DNA of 64,000 bases from a virus. The DNA is taken from IMG/VR virus record IMGVR_UViG_3300036792_000284, positions 1-64,000 of that record; one strand, written 5' to 3'. How positions within the stretch are numbered: position 1 is the stretch's first letter; the number at the start of each line of letters is the position of its first letter. This document shows, piece by piece, positions 62,333 to 64,000 of this stretch. Position numbers and translations under genes: made by a program. The notes beneath the pieces are model-generated. The model saw only the letters and a list, made by a program, of their open reading frames with translations, was not told where the DNA came from and searched no databases.

Positions 62333-63480
62333 GCGTGCTCCATGATGCTTTTCATCTCGGCGAGGGAGGCCGGGCCGGCCTGCTCCGGAGCGATCGGTGC
62401 CGGAGGTGGGCACAGACGGCGGCCGACCTCGGATATGGCCAGCGACAGGGCCGTCTCGCGGTCGTCCACCCGCACCTTGGTCTGCAGGTCCCACAGCACG
62501 TGCATCGCCGCCGACACCCGCCCCGCCCCGAGACGGCCGATAAGCTCCTGGCGGGCGGCGAGCGCCTGCCCCTGCGCGGCGACGTCTCCCCCGCAGGCCA
62601 GCACCAGCAGGTCCCGCAGGCACCGGACCAGCTCGCGGGTGACGTGCCCGGGGTCGCCGTGGGCCGACAGCGCCTCGTCCACCGCGGCGTACATGGCAGT
62701 GGCGTTGCCGTCGGCGGCGGCGGTCAGCAGCGCGGGTGCGAAGTCGGTCTCCCCGGTCAGCTCGCGCCACATCTCCAGGGAGCCGATGCCGACGCTGGCC
62801 ACCTGGTCGAGCCGCACCACGGCGTCGCGCATCGCCCCGCCGCTCGCCTCGGCGATGGCGGTCAGCAGCGCGGGCTCGGTCGAGAATCCCTCGGCCTGGC
62901 AGATGTGCGCCAGCCGGTCGCGGATGACGGGCACCGTCAACGGGTCGAACCGGAACGGGCTGCAGCGGCTGCGCACCGGCCTCGGCACCTTCTCGAACTG
63001 CGTGGTGACCAGGATGAACACCACGCCCGGCGGCGGCTCCTCAAGGACCTTCAGGATGGACTCGAACGCGGCGTCGGACAGGCCGTGCGCCTCATCGATG
63101 ATGTAGACCTTGTACTTCCCGCCAACCGAGCCGTAGTAGGCCCGCTCGCGGATAGCGCGGATCTCCGCCACCGTGCCGTTGCTGGCCGCGTCCAGCTCCT
63201 CCACGTCCAGGCTGGTGCCGTCGTCCACCGCCCGGCAGCTCGTGCACGCGCAGCACGGCCACTCGGCCGCCTTGCCCGGCGGGGTCTCGCAGTTGAGTGC
63301 CTTGGCCACGATGCGAGCCATGGTCGTCTTGCCCGACCCCCACTTGCCGTAGAACAGCATCCCGCCGGGCACGGTCTGACGCTTGCACATCAGGTACAGC
63401 AGCGCCACCGCCGGCCGCTGCCCGGCGACGTCGCCGAACATGGCCGGGCGGTACTTCTGGGCCAGTGCGCCCTCGCTCAT
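62329..63480 (-). CDS. dnaX: DNA polymerase III gamma/tau-like clamp-loader ATPase
   Basis: LAQKYRP..GKWGSGKTT..C.C.SC..ELDAASN..YIIDEAH..LKVLEEPP..SRC..GAMRDA. Confidence 0.9.
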   Translation of the reverse strand: MSEGALAQKYRPAMFGDVAGQRPAVALLYLMCKRQTVPGGMLFYGKWGSGKTTMARIVAKALNCETPPGKAAEWPCCACTSCRAVDDGTSLDVEELDAASNGTVAEIRAIRERAYYGSVGGKYKVYIIDEAHGLSDAAFESILKVLEEPPPGVVFILVTTQFEKVPRPVRSRCSPFRFDPLTVPVIRDRLAHICQAEGFSTEPALLTAIAEASGGAMRDAVVRLDQVASVGIGSLEMWRELTGETDFAPALLTAAADGNATAMYAAVDEALSAHGDPGHVTRELVRCLRDLLVLACGGDVAAQGQALAARQELIGRLGAGRVSAAMHVLWDLQTKVRVDDRETALSLAISEVGRRLCPPPAPIAPEQAGPASLAEMKSIMEHA

Positions 63481-63734
63481 TCAGGCCTCCTCGTGATGGT
63501 GGTGCCGAGAAACACCGGGGCCGCGGCGGCAGGCTCCCGGACTTCGACAGGCAGACCGGCCGCGCAGACCGGACCCGGCTGCACCGCGCGGCGGTGCCCG
63601 AACTCGGCGCCGCAGTCCTCATCGCTACAGGCGAAATAGACGACGTCGCCGTCCTGCTCGGGCTCTGCCACCCCGCCGCACTGCGGGCAGCTGGCGCTCT
63701 TCTCGAAAAACGCGGGCTCAGGCGGCCTGGTCAA
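63477..63734 (-). CDS. Zn-ribbon hypothetical protein
   Basis: CPQCGG..CSDEDCG. Confidence 0.55.
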   Translation of the reverse strand: MTRPPEPAFFEKSASCPQCGGVAEPEQDGDVVYFACSDEDCGAEFGHRRAVQPGPVCAAGLPVEVREPAAAAPVFLGTTITRRPE

Positions 63735-64000
63735 CGGCCTGCTCTGGCTCCAGCTCGGCGGGCGCGGGGACCCGGGTGAATCCAGGTCCCGCCCAGTTGT
63801 CGGTGTCGTCTGGCGCAGTCCCGAAAGGCTGGCCGTACTGGTGGGTCATTGTGCAGCCTGGGATATCCACAGGTCCCTCCACAGGGTGTGAAGATCGGGT
63901 ACCTGTAATACGCCGACCCCCGCGAGCGCCGCGATTACCTTCCCTTCGGCTTCGTCAGCGCACCGCGGGCAGAACTGCCCGGGCCAGGGGACGTCCAGCA

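Noticed and set aside
1-64000. Integrase, attP, transposase or group I/II intron
   Set aside because: No such ORF or intron core motifs recognised in the window; lifestyle cannot be determined

Overview
The whole window looks like part of a large, high-GC actinobacterial (Streptomyces-like) tailed phage genome; no host housekeeping operons are present. Almost everything is on the minus strand. In transcription order it holds dnaX, a methyltransferase/glycosyltransferase cluster, terminase, an array of 34 tRNAs plus one pseudo-tRNA interleaved with HNH endonucleases and structured non-tRNA RNAs, portal, head, neck and lysis genes, tail tube, frameshifted tail chaperone, a ~2090-aa tape measure, and distal tail and minor tail proteins. 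GntR and DivIVA-like genes lie on the plus strand. The main finding is a set of apparent UUA-triggered translational bypass (ribosome hop) sites at the 5' ends of two essential virion genes. The tape measure has two tandem 10-nt gaps (TGG-TTA..-TGG and GGT-TTA..-GGC) and the portal has ACC-TTAG-ACC. The tRNA array covers all 20 amino acids but has no UUA-decoding tRNA. Other highlights are two circularly permuted tRNA-like (YrlA-like) RNAs, a two-copy covarying ~115-nt RNA motif, a recurrent CCGATT-N8-start-codon leaderless promoter box, and a large pseudoknotted RNA-like region at 2.5-2.9 kb. All product calls come from motif recognition by eye; no database searches were run.
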